Origin: Utricularia gibba
Lineage: Eukaryota > Plantae > Magnoliophyta
NCBI GenBank assembly: GCA_002189035.1
Contig: NEEC01000021.1
Span: 496,001 to 560,000 of the forward strand
Length of the DNA: 64,000 nucleotides
Direction of reading: 5' to 3'
The position numbers and the translations under genes were made by a program. The notes under the pieces are model-generated. The model ran no database searches, was not told the DNA's origin, and saw only the letters and a program-made list of their open reading frames with translations. This document shows positions 12,501-25,768 of this stretch, one piece after another. Position 1 is the first letter of the stretch. Every line of letters starts with the position of its first letter.

Positions 12501-14358
12501 TCGTTATTTAAGGGTCTCTTTAATGCTTAACTATGATTTCTATTAAATGTCTGGGCCTTATTATACTAAAATTGACCTTTTCTGGTTTGCTACTATCAGT
12601 GAGAACTTTTATACTTCAATTCCTATATTAGATGTTCTGATTTGTGATGAGTATGAATTTTCTTATTAAATGGTTTTCATCCAATTGGTAATGCTTGCCT
12701 TTTTTGTCAGAGAAATCTGAAACTGATGGCCAAAATTGGATTAACTGCAAAAGAAGAAAAGGAAGACAGGATACAGAGAATAAAACAAGAAATTGCGGAA
12801 ATGGTTAAGCTGCAAGTTTCAAGCATTAAATCAAATGTAAGGGAGTTTTTCTGTATTCCTTTTTCTTGAAGGCCTTAGATTTTTGTTCCTTTTTCGTTGT
12901 ATATTAGTTATTGCCTCATGTCTGCTTCCTTTCACAATGAGTGTTTTTCTTGATGGACACGTGATTTTTGTAAATGTTTTGCAGATTGAGCAGCATGCTG
13001 CAATTTCAGATGGTATGCAGGAAGATGGTCTCGAAAAAAAAGGTGTAAAGCCTAAATACTGCATGGACAATGCATTGGAAAATAAGCTCAGTGAATTATA
13101 TGATGTTTACGTGGAGGTACAAGTCTAATTTTCTATATCCCTGTATGTGAGTATCGTGGTCCATTGAAGCAGAAAATAAATCGATAAAGAAAGAAACATG
13201 GAAGGTTAGATTGTGTCAAGTTGATTCTAGTCATATTTGATACTTTTCCCTTCAGGGCCTAGATGAAGATTCACGTCCATCAGTTAGAAGGCTGTATGAA
13301 GAGGTACCTAATTCTTCATTAGTTCATTTTCTATTAATTTTTCATGAAGAGAAGGATAAGATGAAAACTTTTTCAGAAAACTCTACATGCAGCTATTTAT
13401 TCCAATTTTCCAAGTATCATGGTTTTAACTTTGATGAAGTTATTACAACATCAAAGTCCAGTTGGGAAGTGGATTTATAATCTTTCATGAAGTGGATTTA
13501 TAATCTTTACTTTATGGGAAGGTATTACAACATCTGACTTTGATATGCACTGAAGCATTATGTTGTGTTTCTGGGCTTGAAAACGAATCAAGTCCAGTTG
13601 CACGGCACCATGTATCTAACCTTGGATACACGACACATTAGGCCATTTGCGAACAACCCATTGCTAATATCATCTTCATTCCGTTTGTGAAAATTGATTT
13701 TCCTTGAAGCAGCTCATGGTGTTGTGGCCAAATGGTTTTATGGATATCAATGGAATAAAGCATGCCATACATCGAGCAAGAGAACGGAAGGGTATACGCA
13801 GTCTCCTTAAGGTATTGATGTTCTTGTTTGCAAATATGGCCTAGAATGTGTGTCATTAAGTTGGATGCTCGCTCAGCTATTGAAGCCATCTTATTATAAT
13901 GCGCATCATTTCCTGTTTTTTTCTTGTATGTGCAGCATGAGAAGATTCGAAAGAAAGGACCATTAGCTCGAGAAGATCCTGGAAATTCTCTCCTTTCAAT
14001 CCATTCTCATAAGAAGAAGCTTGCCTTGGAGTCTCATGAACTTGGTCATACATCGAGCAGCAAATCCACTGCCATTTCCCACTTTCGCCCACATGCTTCT
14101 CCCACCTCATCATATGATCCAAGACTGGACAAGATGAATCTAGATAAGGCCAAGGGGAGTCCTAACATCAGCTCTATTGATGGCGTACCAAAGAAGAAAC
14201 TGAAAAAGAAGCCAACCACTGATGCATTCGAAGCTTATTATCATGTGAAGAAGCCTGCCGTTTCACCTTCTGAAGAGCAACAGAGCCAGCAAAAACAGCC
14301 ATTACCTGTTGCTCTCAGTAAAACCAACTTTCTTCAGCCCGGTGGAGGGAGCCTATAA
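9564..14358 (+). CDS. UBN: Ubinuclein (HIRA histone chaperone complex subunit, HPC2/HUN domain), multi-exon
   Basis: RFRVQLWPGETKIVSWKKLLREA; HUN domain YDDEYDTSDSFIDDAELDDYFQVDNSAIKHDGFFVNRGKLE across exons; STMLDKAIKDLEKIVAESRPP, KKRLPPEIKLKLAKVARLA, WPNGFMD; TAA at 14358. Confidence 0.92.
10800..11180 (+). repeat. Diverged in-frame internal duplication (about 46 codons, offset about 81 codons) in the large ubinuclein exon
   Basis: DSAGNGSEVFLKKKSDNAAANVDQIGLPGVDAIRQYKETDQRKPE versus DSVENGSEVSLKKKADNAAVTGVPIRVSSVDANKKHKETDLRKPE, with matching DNA (AATGGTTCTGAAGTTT at about 10810 and 11053). Confidence 0.9.
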
Positions 14359-16230
14359 CTTGAAATTGTGGATCATTCAGCCACAGTATCTTGGCAAGTA
14401 AGTAGCCTTCAACTTGGAGGTCTTGGATTTCTTTACACAAGTTTTGCTCTTTGCTAGAGGTGATTGATTCTAACACTGTAATTATCATTGTCCGCTCAGT
14501 ACGGCAGCCATAAGTTGCGCAGAGAACATGACCTAAATATTACTACTCTTCTCCAGTCATCTATGACTCGTGGAATTAATAAAGTTGATGTTGCGTACAG
14601 GGAAATCAGATGAATTCAATAAGGATTTAGACGTCGGAGATACATATTTTCATCAATGGAGACCCTTCCATCACAGACTTGCCTCGTGTGTGGCCTTTGA
14701 TGAATCTAAGGAGAAGCTGTGTGATTTCTTCTTCATGGTTGCTGTCGATTGTTTCCCCTCCTCTCCTCTGTTCCTTGGCCAGGAACTTCATCAGTGTTTT
14801 TGTTCACCATGATCAGAAGTGCTTCCGATCATGTGTGTAACTACGGATTGCAGCCAGAAGAGACGATCATCTCCGATGAAGGGGCGATTGGGGGGGGGGG
14901 GGACTGGTGGAAACAGGGCCACTGCAGTAGCGCTACGCTCTTTTTGTTGTGCATGATGATGGGCTCTGTTTCAGATAAGCCCTAACTTGAAATAGGAGCG
15001 TTATCCATTAGTCACTTATTTGGTTAAGAGGATACGTCCAAATGGAAATAGTTGGAAGAGAGCAAGGGAAGGAGAAGGGAGAGACTGTTCACCAAGAGCT
15101 AAGTAATAATGAGATAAGTGGTTCGATTTACAGCACACACGAACACATCCCAGATGTTATAGTTTACTGTAATGCATCTCATTTATTGATTTATTGTTAT
15201 TGATTGACCTTTACGTTTGGTATGATATTTACTTGCTTTAAAACCTCAATGTATGAATTGTTTTTCTTAATTTTTGTTAGAATTCACTGTCTTGTATGAA
15301 GTTATAAAATTAAAAAAAACTCATGTGCTGAATAACTTTCTGCATGAGGGTTAATTTGAAATTTTTCTTTTTTGCTGATTTTAGATTCCATTCGAGTCTT
15401 TTTTTTTTGGGTGGGGGGGGGGGGGAACTAAAGCATCTAGAATGGTGCTTTTTTGTTTTTGTTTTCAAATTCCATTGCACTTGTTAGCTCTAGAGATGGC
15501 CTGTTCATTCTATTGGTCATAAGTTAAATAAAAAATGAGAATGAACTTCATCGTGATGTTGCTGAAAAACGTCCTTGTATGAATCATGGTACTTGCATAT
15601 CTGGGATAAGGAACCGAACTTGAATTGGATTTGGGATTTCCTATCAATTTTCCTTAAGGTAACTCGTCATGGTACATTTTATAGAAGCTATTACCCCCAA
15701 GTCTTGTGTCTAGTGAGGGACAATTGTTGACCTTATATTTAGAAAAGAACTACGGGTCATCATGACCCCATTGTTATGGTTTGTTGTCACTGTTAAATCA
15801 TCATTTTCAGGTTGTACAAGTGTATTAGTAGACGTCATCAATAGCAGGAAAGGGCTCTAAGAAGCGCATTTCTTATTCCATTTAAAATTCATGTATTGTC
15901 TTCCATTTTACGGGGGCTACATTATAATAGAATTTATTATCTTTTTCAAGTGATCATATGTATATTTGAAATATTTAATAATGTTAAAAATTTTGGTATT
16001 TAAATGTTGTTGTGTGCTTATATTTCAATGTTCCAGGATACTCTTCTAAAGTTCTAAAACCTAATTTGAAGACTTGGTGTTTCCTCCATTTTCTCATTAA
16101 TTAACTGTATAAAATGAAATTATTATATTGGGCATGTTTAAGAATCAATAAAGATTATGTGGATTCGATTTCTGAAGGCGCAAAATTTGTGACCGCTGGC
16201 TTACTAGGAACGCAGAGGAAGGACCGGAGA

Positions 16231-16995
16231 ATGGCGGCGGCGGCTCGAATCGTGATGATATCCAGATTCCAAGTCCCGCGTCATTTCTCGTTAGCAATTG
16301 ATCCGTCGTCGGTTCGAAATCCAAGATCATTTTGTTCTCCGTCAGCTTCGATATCCTCTTCTTCCGGCCACAAACGGTTGATACTCTACTCCAAGCCCGG
16401 ATGCTGTTTGTGCGATGGCCTCAAAGAGAAACTCCAGGCTGCCTTCGCGCTTTCCGGCCCGAATCCCCTGGCTGATGTTCAACTTCAGGTTTCATTTTCC
16501 TTTTTCGAATTGAAACTTCTGCAAGGTTAACACCCAATTTGCGCCGAAATCAATGTGGGATCAGTTGATTAGTGATATTCAGTTGCAAGTATTTTGCTTG
16601 AAATTTCATTTGGGTATGCAGATTAGGAACATTCATATCCACTTACACTGCTTGAACCTTCATTTGGGGTATGCAGATTAGGGATATTTCAACCAACACT
16701 GACTGGGAAATGCTCTACCAGTATGAGATCCCTGTGTTGGCCAGAGTACGAGAAGATGGGACTGAGGTTAGCTCTCTGTTTTCTTGTTACCATCATGACA
16801 TCCTGAGTTTCTGTGGTGGGCATGTGTTGCTTCTAGGGTGAATATCCCAATTGATTGTGTAGTGCTCTTTAGACCCAAGTTCTGCAATATCAGACACCTT
16901 TTACACGAATGTTGTAGGAGACGCTTCCACGGTTATCTCCACGCCTTGGTGTTGAACTTCTTCAGAAAAAGATAGCAGCGGCGTTCGATCAATAA
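16231..16995 (+). CDS. Glutaredoxin-like (DUF836 / thioredoxin fold) protein, probably plastid-targeted, 3 exons
   Basis: Exons 16231-16488, 16677-16766, 16918-16995: Ser/Arg-rich N-terminus, then LILYSKPGCCLCDGLKEKL...LQ|IRDISTNTDWEMLYQYEIPVLA...|ETLPRLSPRLGVELLQKKIAAAFDQ-TAA. Confidence 0.9.
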
Positions 16996-17326
16996 AAGTG
17001 TCGAATATTCCAAAGAACCCGATTTGGGCAAATTGTTAGCTTGTATCATTGTATGGGACCTATCATTTCTGACTAAGGTGAAATGGGATTCAATACAGCC
17101 TTTCAATGGCTTCCTAAACAGCTCTAGCCGCTTTATTGATCCTCCAAAATGTTGCAGAAGCTCTGAACGAGCTTCTTCTTTCAGACATATCGCTTCAAAC
17201 AGGATACCTGCTTCTGTTGACAATGGAGTTAGTTAACAAGAGGTGAAGTTGCCGTTTGAAAATGAAGGCCCTTCCTTGACGTAGCAACTTCGCTTGCTTC
17301 TGTTGCTGGAGTTTACCCTAAAACCA

Positions 17327-20300
17327 TCAGCAGGTGTAGGAACAACAATATAACCTTGCGATGATATCAATCGGGCCGCCATCACCACCAACAGCGTGAA
17401 GAGCAACGGGAAACGTGGACAGAGGATGCACTGTTAGTGGAAAAAAGGCAGGGCGGACGTTTGTCTGAATAGAAAGACCACTGCAGCTTTGTGGTTCTCG
17501 GTTTTCTCCAGATGGACTACTAGTTTCTGGTTCCAGATCTGCTGGATTAACAAGCATGACAGCAGCATCAAGCGCCCTCAACTTTTTTCCGGGTCTTCTA
17601 CCATTCTGGGATCGCCTTCTTTGTGAAGACAGACTAATAACCAGAGTCTCTGTAGACTCCAGCCATTCGACGAATAGGCCTTCCACTTCATCATATTGTA
17701 TGCGTTTCTCGATCTGCAGGAATTATACTTAGCCATGGTGAGCACATGAAGGATTGGGTGAAATCCCGATGTGAAGCAAGCTAACAAACTGTGATCACAC
17801 TTACAGCTAGCTTTGGAATGTATATCGACATGAATCTTGGTCCAAGGTTCAAAGCAGTAGCCTCGGAATGAAGCACCTGAAAAAAAAAGGCATGATCAAT
17901 GAGGATAGCACTATAAATGCAGCTCATTGGATATAAGTTCCAAGCATCTGTAAAGAGTTAGAGCAACATGTACCCCTTTCCTCCTAATGAGAGCCCACAT
18001 GTATAGCTTATCAGTTGCATCCTTCACACGTCTGGCAGCCAGCTTCATGCTATTGGAGTGAGATGCAACATCAGAGATGAATTTCGAGTCAGAAGCTCTG
18101 TACATCTTTGAATCATCAGAGGGGACGGCTTCAACCTCGACTGGCTTTACTTCATTGGTATCAGAAGGGATACTTGTAAAAGATCTTTTTTCTTCTGTGT
18201 CTTTGATTTCAGGCAAGTAATGGCCTTCAGCTTGCAGAATTGCCTTTAATGTGCGATGCACTACTATGTCAGGGTACCGGCGGACAGGAGATGTGAAGTG
18301 CGTGTACAGAGGAAATGCAAGTGCATAATGACCAAGATCATCACTGTTGTTATAATCTCCACTGCATATGTATTCTGCCAGTTGCATTGGTCTCGCAGCA
18401 TAGGATATCAGGATGGTGGACAAAACAGAGTCCTCCATTTCCTTCTTGATAACTTCTAATGATTCGTGGAAGCTGGTAGAAGAGGAGAAGTCCAAGTTTA
18501 GACCATGTTTCTTACACATGGACTCAAACTCCCTAAGCTTTTTAATGTTAGGCCCAGGGTGCCGTCTCAGCAAAGCACAAGATGGATATGCTCTGTAAAG
18601 CAATTCTGCAGCTGCTCTGTTGGCTAACAACATGAGCTCCTCCACAAGAAAATGTGAATCCATCCGAGGAGCGAATACTGCATCATATGGCAACCCCTGA
18701 TCATCAAACAAGAAAACTGGTTTGGGGTTTTCAATTGAGACAGCTCCATTTTTAAACCTACGGCTCCTCAAAAGCTTTGAGATTTCATGAAGGCTTTCAA
18801 CAGATCTTATTACATCAGACCACTCAAAATTTCCATGTAATGTGGGCCAGTACTTGACCATTTCAGCAGAGTCCTGAGACGCAACTTTTCCATCAATAAT
18901 ATCCTGAGCATGCTCATAAGAAAGCTTGCAGCAAGATCTTATGATTGTGAGACCAACCCACTGGTCAAGAATTTCACCTCCAGGGCTCAGCTTCCAGATT
19001 ATTGAAAAAGTAAGCCTATCCTCTCCAGGATTAAGTGATGCTAAATTATTAGAAAGAATGGGAGGCAGCATCGGTAGTTTACTTTGCCTCAGATAGACAG
19101 TGGTCGATCGATTCCGGGCATCAACATCAAAATCTGAGTCAGGGGAAGGCAAGAAGTAGGAAACATCTGCTATGTGAACGCCCACAGAAAAATGTCCATC
19201 CGGCAACTCTTCTACAGATAATGCATCATCAAGATCGCTTGCTGTCATGGGGTCTATGGTAAACACACATGATTTCCTCAAATCTAATCTACCTTCAGAA
19301 ACAGGCTGAGGCACTTCCCAGGGGATACGAGGGAGACATGAAAGTACTTGTGGAGAAAATTCAGAAGTATTAATGCCATTTTCAAATAATATCGAGGCAA
19401 TCTGTGCTTCAACATCACTGCCTCTTCCAAAAACTGCAACAACAGAAGCTTCAGGAATATCAGAATCTTCAGCCCAATGAACTATTTTTGCAGCTATCAG
19501 CTCAGAGTCGATCATCATGTCACCATCTTCCAATCGTTTCACCAGGTCCGCAGGCAAGCTTTTAACAGAGACTGCCATTTTGGTAAACTTGGGATCACTT
19601 GGTGTCAATAAAACATATCCATCATTGTTTTCCAATCGAAGCTTATTCTTCTGGGAGCCTCTTTTCCTTTGTTTCCTATAATATATCTTCTTTGTGCACA
19701 AGAACCCAACAATGCTATCCCGCCTACGGGACTTTTCAATGATAGCTACAACACTACCGGTTGGCCGCCTTGAGGGGTTTGCACCTGTAATCGTGCATAA
19801 TATTTCCAGTGATGTTGCCAAGTCATTGGCATTATCATTCAAATGATCCATTCTGGACAATCCATCTGTAGGACTGTGAAAGCGCTCATTTGCAGAATAA
19901 GAACCATCTTCATATATATCCAAACGATTCCTGGAAAATGTATGCTTGAACTGTTGTTTTTCTTGTTCAGTTTTTCCCCTAGAAGACTCCTCAGAATTTA
20001 CAGGATCATTATTATTTGAAGTAGAACTACTCGATGGTCCATTTGATCCCTTCATTCTAGGCCATAACGATGGTTTATCAATAACAACAGCAACAATATC
20101 GGCTTCAACCTACAAGAATAATATTTCAGGAAATATGCAGAGCAACTACTTAGCAATAATTTTATAATTGTATCATGGTGCCATATACAGAAGCAGCTAG
20201 TGAGAATGTAGCATACATATCATCATGCAGACAAATAACAAGAAGATATTGGCTCAAACTTGTAAAAGAAAATACTTGCAAGCACAGCATTTGCTACTGG

Positions 20301-21298
20301 ATCACTCACCGCTCTATTTTGAGAGACCAATCCACTAACTAGAATATCTGTCTGGAGTCCATCAATTCTGCAGTAAGCCTACAAATGAAAGATCATAAAA
20401 GCAAAGTTTGAAAACGAGATGTATGAGATAACATGAAGAAAAACGACCAAGCAACATAACAGACCTCAAGATTGTTGTACGCATTGACACAAAATAATGC
20501 TTTGAATGCTACACCCATCTGGTTCGGAAAACAGCAGAGAACAATGAGGTCAGATTGTACATAATTAGAAAAAGAAAGAACCATGAAAAAGAACTTCAAA
20601 TGAGTGGCAAACACATGAAACATTACTCAGACCTTCAGGGCATTGTTAAGAGCGTCTTCGGACCAGTGACTAGGAAACAAACTTCGACGATCATAGGAAT
20701 CATCTTGTTGGGGAATCATCAGGGGTTCAGAAAACTCATCATTGGCATCTACCTCAGGGGCAGAGACTAAAAATGTCCTTTCCTCGGTCTCATGATAACA
20801 GCTTTGCCCATAGTGTAAAGGTTCACATGGAGTATGCACAGATATGGATTTGCTTGAACAACTAGGAACATCTATATGCACATCACCGCCTGAAATACAA
20901 GCTGCAAAAGAAAGAAAATGCAGGGAAGATCAGGAAAAACGGGAAACGGTGTCCTTTTAAGATTAATCTCAGAAGTTAGCCACAGCATGAGATAACTTCA
21001 CACGTTTTTTGTTCCACAATCAAAGTGCAAAAAATGACAAATTGGCACACCGAAAGCGGACAGTTGCATAAAGAAGCTGAAGTGTTACTTCTATTTCATT
21101 GGATGCGCAAAAGAGTAGAATTTTTGGCATAAAAGAGTGAAAAGAAAAGGAAAACAATCGACGGTTCATACCCGCATCGGTCTGCTTGGATTTCCTGGAT
21201 CGCCGATTCTTCTTGTTGCTTTCTGTGAGTTTACTATCCTTAGGCAAAATTTCTGCAATCTCATTACCCACCTCCCTAGCCTCATCAACACGACCCAT
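17327..21298 (-). CDS. DIS3L2: DIS3-like exonuclease 2 (RNase II/RNB family; SOV/DIS3L2 type), multi-exon
   Basis: RNB catalytic segment FTIDPMTASDLDDALS, then GVHIADVSYF, RSTTVYL, SHFLVEELMLLAN, YTHFTSPVRRYPDIVVHR in the 714-aa ORF; C-terminus FPVALHAVGGDGGPIDIIARLY; first exon MGRVDEA...KKNRRSRKSKQ. The start codon is the least certain part. Confidence 0.93.
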
Positions 21299-22399
21299 GA
21301 CTTCCAAGAGCCAAGAGGAACAAAGAAACTAACTATTCTTCGACGCCCCCAGAAAAAAAAATCGGGAACGAAGAAGAAAAAAAACAAGAATCAATTCACC
21401 AACATCATGGGAAACAAGTAAATTAAAATTTCCAAGAAAAAAAACAAAAATAAATTTGGGCTACGCAATGGGAGGATAAAAGACATTCAAATGGTCTCAT
21501 TTGTCAGCGCAATGAAATGAGACGGAGTAATTTGAAAAATAGGCTTATGTGAAAAATTCATTGGCTATAAAACTCTAATTTGTAAATATTGGTCAGATAA
21601 CTCTATTCTATGTATTTGAAAAATAATTTTAGTTTTCGTATTATATACACTGTATTACCGTATTTTTACTAAAAAAATAAGTAATTTTTACGTATAATAT
21701 AATACTAAATATAAAATTATAAAATATTATATGAATTAAAAATTTTACTCATTCAATTAATTACTAATTGAAAATTGTATAGAATATATTTTAATATTAC
21801 AATTTATTATTTATTTATAATTCAATTGAAAATATTATTGAATAAAAAATCATAGATAAATTATGAATTATTTATCTTCATAAATTCTCATTAATTAAGC
21901 TAAGTACTTTTCTTTTTTTGTTAAATACACATACTAAAAAATATTCATACTAATTACTACTTATTCTTAAACAATACTAATAATTTGAATGCAAATGTAT
22001 TTTAATAATATATTGGAAAAGAAAAAAAAATGTGTTATCTGAAATATAAATATATATTTTTAGAAGATATTATTGAATAGACTTACTATTATGAGTGTAG
22101 ATTTACGATAATGAACTTGATTTAATATAGTATAAGTATCTTATAATGATAATCTCTCTTAGGTGCTATATAGTGCAATGAATGTCTACATCAAATGCAT
22201 CCATCTTATTCGGTATTAGGAGGTGTCTCAATGTATATGAGAAATATCGTGCACTTTGGAACACATTAGTACCCTAATTTGTTGGTTTGGTATTGATTGT
22301 CTTAAGTTCTAAGATTGAGCTCATGTTATGTGGTGTGATGAACCAAATCTCCATTCAATTTGATCATGTGCTTAAGTCGTTATATCTCATCAGGTTCAC

Positions 22400-23050
22400 A
22401 TTATTTATGTTTTCTAGTTGGATCATGTAATAGGAAGAAGGGAACATTGTCCTACTCAACTTCATCTCGTATGAGGTTAAAGTCATTTGAATATGTAGCA
22501 ACAAGTGTTTTCATCAAATATAACTTATTAATAACTTTATATGAAGGTATATTAAAGAAGTGGCATACCTATTTGGTGATAAAAATTGGATGTTAAAATA
22601 GAAATGATCTTATAATATTACACTTGACATAGAGATGTACTTGATATGTATGATTACATGGAATTCGATAAGTTTGCCAACAACCATAATTGCATGTTCT
22701 ATTAGAAATGTTGATGATGTGAATAAGCATAGGAACGACATTGGATATAGAGTATGTCATCATGACTCTACTATATTCTTCTTCAAGAAAGATTATTAGA
22801 GTTCATCTTAAAGATCATTTTACTCTTTTTTGAAAACTTGATTCATATCCTAAACTTTCAACAATCAACCATGATTATATCTATAAATTACTCATTTTCT
22901 TTGTTGAATATTGTATGCATCATAAGAACATTTAAACAAGATATCTCATGAGAATTGAGGTGTCCAGGCATAACATCATTGTAATTGTATGTGATCAATG
23001 ATACTCTTCTTGAAAAAACCTTATTTATCGCTTCGATGATGGTTTCTAGT
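22400..23050 (-). mobile_element. Decayed Mutator-like transposase fragment (SWIM zinc-finger region)
   Basis: Minus strand reads HIINISNRTCNYGCWQTYRIPCNHT (RTC...NHT at 22700-22647), close to the MULE SWIM consensus V-x-L-x-x-R-T-C-S-C-G-x-W-Q-x-x-G-I-P-C-x-H, followed by TYSNDFNLIRDE...DPTRK with in-frame stops. Confidence 0.6.
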
Positions 23051-25445
23051 CATAATATCAAACTTAGAAATCAATAAAAATAAGTCATGTATAATAGTAG
23101 AGTTGAAAATTAATCGAGAATATGATACGCAAAAAATAAAGTAATTGTATCTCGCTTGTTCATCAAGCGATAATATCCACATTTTTAGTAATATGAATTT
23201 TTGTTTTTATTGTTTATGGGTTTTTTCAAGTATGTTCAAGAGGAAGAGGAAGAGAAATAGGAAGAATAAAACTAATTACTAAGAATAAGAAAAATAATAT
23301 TAATTGATATGAAGAATTAATCTAATTTATATGTTATAATTGTTGACGAGCACCACATTTATTGTTATACAGTAATTGATACAAAATACATTTTCAACTA
23401 AATATCGTAATTCATACTAGCCAATGCTTGATTGAACTTATGAAATACAACAAAAAACTAAATATATAAGAATTAATTTTAATTAACTACAAGTTATATT
23501 GATAATTTTATATAAAATTCAATAAAATCATACTTATATACTTATGTATCAAACGTGTTTTTATTTTCAAATCAAATAAATTAAATTCATTAATCAAATA
23601 CAAATAATTTTTAAAATCTATAAAATCTATTTAAATCCTAATAAATTAGACCCAAGTTAAAATGTTACCACCAATCAAATGCACCTTTGGTATGGATGAA
23701 ATTGGCCCATTAGATTCTAACTTGAGGTATATCAACTGACGTTAGAAGCTCTCACTCTTAGAAGAAAGAGCTTGTTTTCGAATAAAAATGTATGTCTTCC
23801 AACATCAACAATAGTCTATTGCTATTAATTTTTATTTTTTTCGACTTGCTAATCGGACGAGTATTGAGTAGAGGTCCATCATATGTTAATTAACATTTTT
23901 CAAACATCTCTTTAGATATGAATTTCTGTCTAAATATGCAGAAGAGCACACTTGAGATTTCTATCTCCAAACAATCAAAAAAAACATCATCCTCAATAAC
24001 AACACACCCTTCAACTGATTCATTGCTTATGTCTATTGTTTTGCATGCAGCTGCAAACTTTTTGAACCAATTTTGACAAAACCTGTGTAATCTGGTTAAT
24101 ATAAAGCTTAATTTCAGTAGTTTTTATCATCCTAAACTTGCACCTACACTGGGCTTTGTTTTCGTGCAGAGAACTTCATTAACACTCCCGTCAAGAATAC
24201 CACCGACGCCCACCGTGGGGTGAGTAAATCTGGCAACTGCGTAATGATATGAAACGATCGCCGGCAATACTCGAATTAGGAGGTATCTGATGCAGCTGCT
24301 GCTGCTGACTTTTTTTGCACGTAAAAGGCTGCATGGGGCATGCGGCGGCAGCGCCTGGCGTTCCCCGCCGCCGTGCAGATTCTCCGGCTATGTGTAGGCC
24401 GCTAGGGTTATCATCACCGTCCGATCTTTCGCTCCTCCCTACTCCGCCTTTTAACGAGCCGACTTGGAAAAGGAAGAAAAGAGCCGTACCACAATAAATA
24501 CAAATCATGATTGGATGTAGTTGACCATATTGAATATTAAATTAGAAATTAGAAATTTAATCATTCTATAAATTTTATTGTATAATAAAAATTGGTTATA
24601 TTTGATTAAATATTTTTGTGCGTAAGATATTATATCAATAGTCAATAATTCTATAAATTAGGGGCACCATGGAATTTAATTGAATCATGAAACCTAATGA
24701 AATCACCACAACTTGCTAAAGAATGCGAGGTAATTGTATGATTGATAAATGAATAATTTAAAATATTTTATATTATAGATAATATAAATATAAAAACTTT
24801 ATAATCGGTATAAGATCTAATTTAAAATATCTAAAAAATTATAAATATAAGTCTTTTCATGTTAGTAACAGGTTCATTGTCATTTAATACTGGAGAATAT
24901 AAATTAAAATATATTGTTTTATAATAAAAATATGTATATGTAATTAAATTTAGGTAAATAGTTGGAAATATGTAAAAATATTTTTTCCAACTTATTAAAA
25001 AAGTATTAAAAATATTCTTTTAATTTCAACTTTATAAATGTATAAATTTAAAAAATATTTTTTTTTAAAAAAGTAAAATAATTGGAAATATGTATTTAAA
25101 TTTATAAATTTATGAAATACTTATACTATATAAATTTATAGGATGTTCAATGTATTAACTAAAATACCAATTTTTTGACAACATTAAACAAACTTGTCTA
25201 TATCATCCGTTGAACAAATTGCGCCAATAGTCCTCATTATTTATCTAAATGATATAATTGATCTACATAAATATTCTTTTAATTCCAACTATTTTAAAAC
25301 TATTTATAATTAACTTAAACTATTTAAAAATTCTTTTTTTAATTAAACTTACTGTCACCGATCGATGTAGTTAACCACCACTGACCAACCCTCATAGCAC
25401 CATCCATTCATCGGTCGCCACCCCATTGCCTGTCGTGCGTGCACG

Positions 25446-25455
25446 GCCACGTGGC
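25446..25455. promoter_or_regulatory. Perfect palindromic G-box (GCCACGTGGC) about 315 bp upstream of the MEI2-like gene
   Basis: Sequence seen directly in a GC-rich island within AT-rich DNA; function inferred only. Confidence 0.4.
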
Positions 25456-25768
25456 ATTCTCGGGTTTGGTGGGTGGTGGCCGACCGCAATTGGAAGATTA
25501 ATTTTACTAAATTATAAAACAATAATAATTAAAATATTCAATTTTAAATATTAAAAATTAATTCTAATAGGTATTTAAACAGATAATAATATCATTTTAA
25601 ATAAATAGTTTGGATGTAAGTCATACGATGGCTTTTTAAAAGGCTCTCTTGAATTCAAGACTACGACCAAAATCATCATGCATGCGTTGGTTGGTGTGCG
25701 TTCAGTGCCATTTAATTTCGAGCGTTTCTTATTCCAAGTAGTGGAGGGGATTGCAGAGCAGATCCATA

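Noticed and set aside
16933-17236. ORFs on both strands between the glutaredoxin-like and DIS3L2 stop codons
   Set aside because: They overlap the last exon and the two convergent 3' UTRs and show no recognisable motif.
22850-23000. GHLNSHEI peptide as a Ty1/copia GAG-pre-integrase remnant
   Set aside because: The adjacent SWIM motif in the same orientation is much stronger evidence for a Mutator transposase, so the copia reading was dropped.
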